Shown here: one piece after another, positions 17,401 to 20,000 of the stretch
How the letters are laid out: each line of letters begins with the position of its first letter
How positions within the stretch are numbered: position 1 is the stretch's first letter
From: Armatimonadota bacterium
GTDB taxonomy: Bacteria; Armatimonadota; Fimbriimonadia; Fimbriimonadales; Fimbriimonadaceae
Direction of reading: 5' to 3'
DNA length: 20,000 nucleotides
Assembly: GCA_031400935.1 (NCBI GenBank)
Contig: JANNQV010000018.1
Span: forward strand, 119,155 to 139,154
Notes under the pieces: generated by a model
Told to the model about the DNA's origin: nothing
Seen by the model: the letters and a program-made list of their open reading frames with translations, nothing else
Databases searched by the model: none
Program-made: the position numbers and the translations under genes

Positions 17401-18090
17401 ATGCCCGTGTCCTGGCTACCATCAACCGAAGCTGGAAAGCTTCTTTGGCTTCAAAATGCAGCGGCGAAAGTTGCGCTTCACGTCGGACAAGCTGGCATTG
17501 TGGCGGGAGATTCGACCAATTTCAATGGCTGGCTCGCTTGGTACCAATGGATATTGAACCGGAGCGACCAACTGCGGAACAGCGGGATCGAGGTCAACGA
17601 ATTCAAGAGCATCATGTCGGAAGGGCCTGCTGGCACGCCAATGGGCGCAACTCCTGTCGCTCCAGCTTATCCGCCTGCTCCTTTGTTCGTAATTTCGGCG
17701 GATATCTTTGGCCAAATCATCGCTTTTGCAGAGCGGACAAAGAACACGGTTGGCTACAACACGGTGATGGGCGAGGACATCGGGATCGAGCCTGTCGGTG
17801 GGCCGCCTGTGCTTGGCGATCCGACGTTCACACTAACCGCATTGCTTGGCAGCCAGGTTCAAATTGACTGGGTGAAGGCTACGGCGGATGGCGTGATAAT
17901 CGAATCGCAACGCGCTGACGAAGTTGTTTGGACGGTTCTCGCGATTGACCACTTCGCGCCGTACATTGACGCCCGCGGACCGCTTGTCGCTGGGCAACCA
18001 GAAGTTCGCAGGTACCGCTTGCGCTACGAAATCGCTGACGTTCCTGTTGGCGGTTATTCGGGCGTGTTTCAGGTGACTACGATTCCTTAG
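17401..18090 (+). CDS. Hypothetical cytoplasmic protein: helical N-domain, Pro-rich linker, Fn3/Ig-like C-domain
   Basis: Strong SD GGAGGT at 17389-17394 and no signal peptide. The C-terminal pattern V.I.W...G..I..R....W..L......Y.D......YRLRY......G.YS....VT is Fn3-like. Confidence 0.88.
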   Translation: MPVSWLPSTEAGKLLWLQNAAAKVALHVGQAGIVAGDSTNFNGWLAWYQWILNRSDQLRNSGIEVNEFKSIMSEGPAGTPMGATPVAPAYPPAPLFVISADIFGQIIAFAERTKNTVGYNTVMGEDIGIEPVGGPPVLGDPTFTLTALLGSQVQIDWVKATADGVIIESQRADEVVWTVLAIDHFAPYIDARGPLVAGQPEVRRYRLRYEIADVPVGGYSGVFQVTTIP

Positions 18091-18097
18091 TACAACA

Positions 18098-18131
18098 CCT
18101 TCGACCCTTGCTGAGATGTGGGGGTCGAAGG
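18098..18131 (+). terminator. Stem-loop after the 229-aa gene (terminator or mRNA-stabilising hairpin)
   Basis: CCTTCGACCC (18098-18107) and GGGTCGAAGG (18122-18131) form a perfect 10-bp stem, extendable by G-U pairs. There is no U-tract. Confidence 0.5.
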
Positions 18132-18151
18132 ATCAAAAGAGGTGTACGATA

Positions 18152-18565
18152 ATGAGCGGATCAGATGAATGGCGAAAGCTTAATGCTCTAGTAGATGCTG
18201 GACATCTCAAGATTGGCGTACACCGATCGCTATCGCTAGCGATCATCGAGAAAACTGATTTCATTAGACCTCTAATCGGAGTTGCTTGTATAGCTTCTGT
18301 CGTGATTTCCATTGTCCTATGGAAGCTTGGCGTCCATGCTGTCATTTCAGTCTTTGCTGGATTGGGAATTTTCATTGGCACGCCATACTTGTTTTCTGGA
18401 GTTGTCCGGATCCGGGCGGCGCATAAAGCAATCAAATTGCTTCTTGCCGATCGGGATTTCTTTGAAACTTCGTATACGAGTGGTATCGTTACGGTGCTCA
18501 ATGTTGAATCTGCTGAAGTGTTTAAACACCCGAGGGACTGGCCCGAGGCTTTACACGACCTTTGA
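18152..18565 (+). CDS. Hypothetical two-TM membrane protein
   Basis: SD GAGGTG before ATG 18152. Two hydrophobic segments (LIGVACIASVVISIVLW; VISVFAGLGIFIGTPYLF). Confidence 0.78.
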   Translation: MSGSDEWRKLNALVDAGHLKIGVHRSLSLAIIEKTDFIRPLIGVACIASVVISIVLWKLGVHAVISVFAGLGIFIGTPYLFSGVVRIRAAHKAIKLLLADRDFFETSYTSGIVTVLNVESAEVFKHPRDWPEALHDL

Positions 18566-18755
18566 TCTGCGGAGTTGACGGAGAATTTGGTTTGTTGGCA
18601 GATGGACTGAATGGCGGTATTGCCATTGTAACCAGAAAATTAGCGACAAGAGCGGGCTCAGAGCATTGTTCACATAAATTCGACATAATTGTAGAAGTCC
18701 GCTTCTGGCACATTATAAGTCGAAGCCACACGAAAGGGCGGATGTTGGAGAACTC

Positions 18756-19028
18756 ATGAGTTCCACAATTGATACCGCCGGACAACCGGCAAATGACACA
18801 TTCACCAAGACCTTCGAAACCATCGTAGGTAAGACCATTCAATCGGTCGAGCATTTACAAGCCAAGCCTCGAAAGGGCGTTCACAGGACAGAAATTCTTA
18901 TAATTGGTTTCACGGACGAAACTAAGTTAACTGTGGATACTGGAACAAACGTTCATAACGTTTCCGGGGAACACGGAGATTTCGAAGAATCGGAAGTCGA
19001 CGTTTACCTTAGGTGCTTTCCAGACTAG
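18756..19028 (+). CDS. Hypothetical 90-aa protein
   Basis: GGAG SD and a globular-looking beta-rich sequence (IVGKTIQSVE...LIIGFTDETKLTV). Confidence 0.7.
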   Translation: MSSTIDTAGQPANDTFTKTFETIVGKTIQSVEHLQAKPRKGVHRTEILIIGFTDETKLTVDTGTNVHNVSGEHGDFEESEVDVYLRCFPD

Positions 19029-19095
19029 AATCCGCACCCATTGTCGCCTCGGTAACCAAGCGTAGCAAGGATCGAATTGGTGTAGCGTAGCAAAA

Positions 19096-19965
19096 ATGAG
19101 TCCGAAGCCGCCGGAGCCGCTAAAGCCAGACCCTTCAAACTATGGTTTGACTGCGGCGCAAGTCGAGAAAACTGACCGTCTGGAACTCTATTGTAACTGG
19201 GCAGGCTGCATAACAGGACTGCCTATCGCGTCTATCGTGATCTACAGGATTGCTCCCTATGTGATCAGCAAGGAAGGAGGCACTGGACTATTCGGAGTTG
19301 GCTTTGGTGTGATCTTAGCTTCAGTTTCACTTTCCATCGGATTCTTTTACATACTCTTCAGTTTGCTCGGCCTCATAAGCGAACGCTGGATTGCTCCAAG
19401 GTTTTCTAAGCGGTACACCGCAATCAAGAAGTATGAGCTCGACATGGAAGAGTATGAGCGGCTATCCGCTGAGCGAGCAAAGCTCGTCACTGCATTCCAA
19501 GAACGGGAAAGGCAGGAAGAATGGGAAACGCGCCGCAAGGAGCGCGAATTATCCGAAGAACAGCTTAGGCGTAAAGCAAGCTTCTGGCTTGTCCTGGATG
19601 GCTATGAATTCGAGCGTCAAGTTGCCAAAGTCTTTGAGCTTCACGGCTTCATCGCCAAGGTCACGCGAGGCTCTGGCGATGAAGGCGTTGACATTGTGCT
19701 TCTCAAGGGCGGTCAAAAAGGAGTTGTCCAATGTAAAGCGCATGGAAAGGCCGTTTCGCCCGGAACGATTCGAGATATGTATGGCGCCATGCACCATTTT
19801 AAGGCTAATTATGCCGTTGTCGTTTCATCTAATGGGTTTACGGGAGGCTCAAAGACCTTTGCATCAGACAAGCCTGTTATCCTACTTGATGTTTCCGACC
19901 TCATCGCGATACAGGATGGTCAACGCACGTTAGATGAACGAATTGCGAACCTGCTTGATCCTTAA
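19096..19965 (+). CDS. Membrane-anchored Mrr-family (Mrr_cat) restriction endonuclease
   Basis: EFERQVA..F...GF....TRGSGDEGVDIV......VVQCK and SSNGFT. Two N-terminal TM helices and an E/R-rich coiled coil. Confidence 0.9.
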   Translation: MSPKPPEPLKPDPSNYGLTAAQVEKTDRLELYCNWAGCITGLPIASIVIYRIAPYVISKEGGTGLFGVGFGVILASVSLSIGFFYILFSLLGLISERWIAPRFSKRYTAIKKYELDMEEYERLSAERAKLVTAFQERERQEEWETRRKERELSEEQLRRKASFWLVLDGYEFERQVAKVFELHGFIAKVTRGSGDEGVDIVLLKGGQKGVVQCKAHGKAVSPGTIRDMYGAMHHFKANYAVVVSSNGFTGGSKTFASDKPVILLDVSDLIAIQDGQRTLDERIANLLDP

Positions 19966-19979
19966 AAAGCCCCAGTCAC

Positions 19980-20000
19980 AAAAAAGCCCCCGCCATGGGA
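19980..20000 (-). terminator. Probable half of an intrinsic terminator of a convergent gene (truncated by the window)
   Basis: An A-tract followed by the GC-rich arm GCCCCCGCC. The partner arm is outside the window. Confidence 0.35.

Noticed and set aside
18091..19095. Integron cassette array (small co-oriented genes)
   Set aside because: No RYYYAAC...GTTRRRY attC structures were found after the stops, and no integrase is present.

Overview
Bacterial chromosomal window. The lineage is possibly Armatimonadota/Fimbriimonadaceae, a weak inference from protein style only. Bases ~1400-12100 are housekeeping: gyrA, an SDR epimerase, ubiX, a TIGR01777 oxidoreductase, htpX, tig-clpP-clpX and DUF2237. 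Their intergenic gaps carry several unrelated REP/REPIN/MITE-like palindromes and short tandem repeats. Next is a 1220-aa secreted protein with two different GH29 alpha-L-fucosidase domains separated by a degenerate DUF6624-like domain. Bases ~15870-19965 look like an accessory/defence island: a minimal DNA methyltransferase coupled to a small PD-(D/E)xK nuclease, then a divergent intergenic region holding ten 21-bp degenerate repeats with a palindromic core (TYCC-N4-GGAR). The array sits directly upstream of an unannotated 229-aa helical+Fn3-like protein, followed by two small hypothetical genes and a membrane-anchored Mrr-family nuclease. The 21-bp array plus the 229-aa gene is the best candidate for an undescribed system. 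No rRNA, tRNA, transposase, integrase or CRISPR-Cas was recognised.
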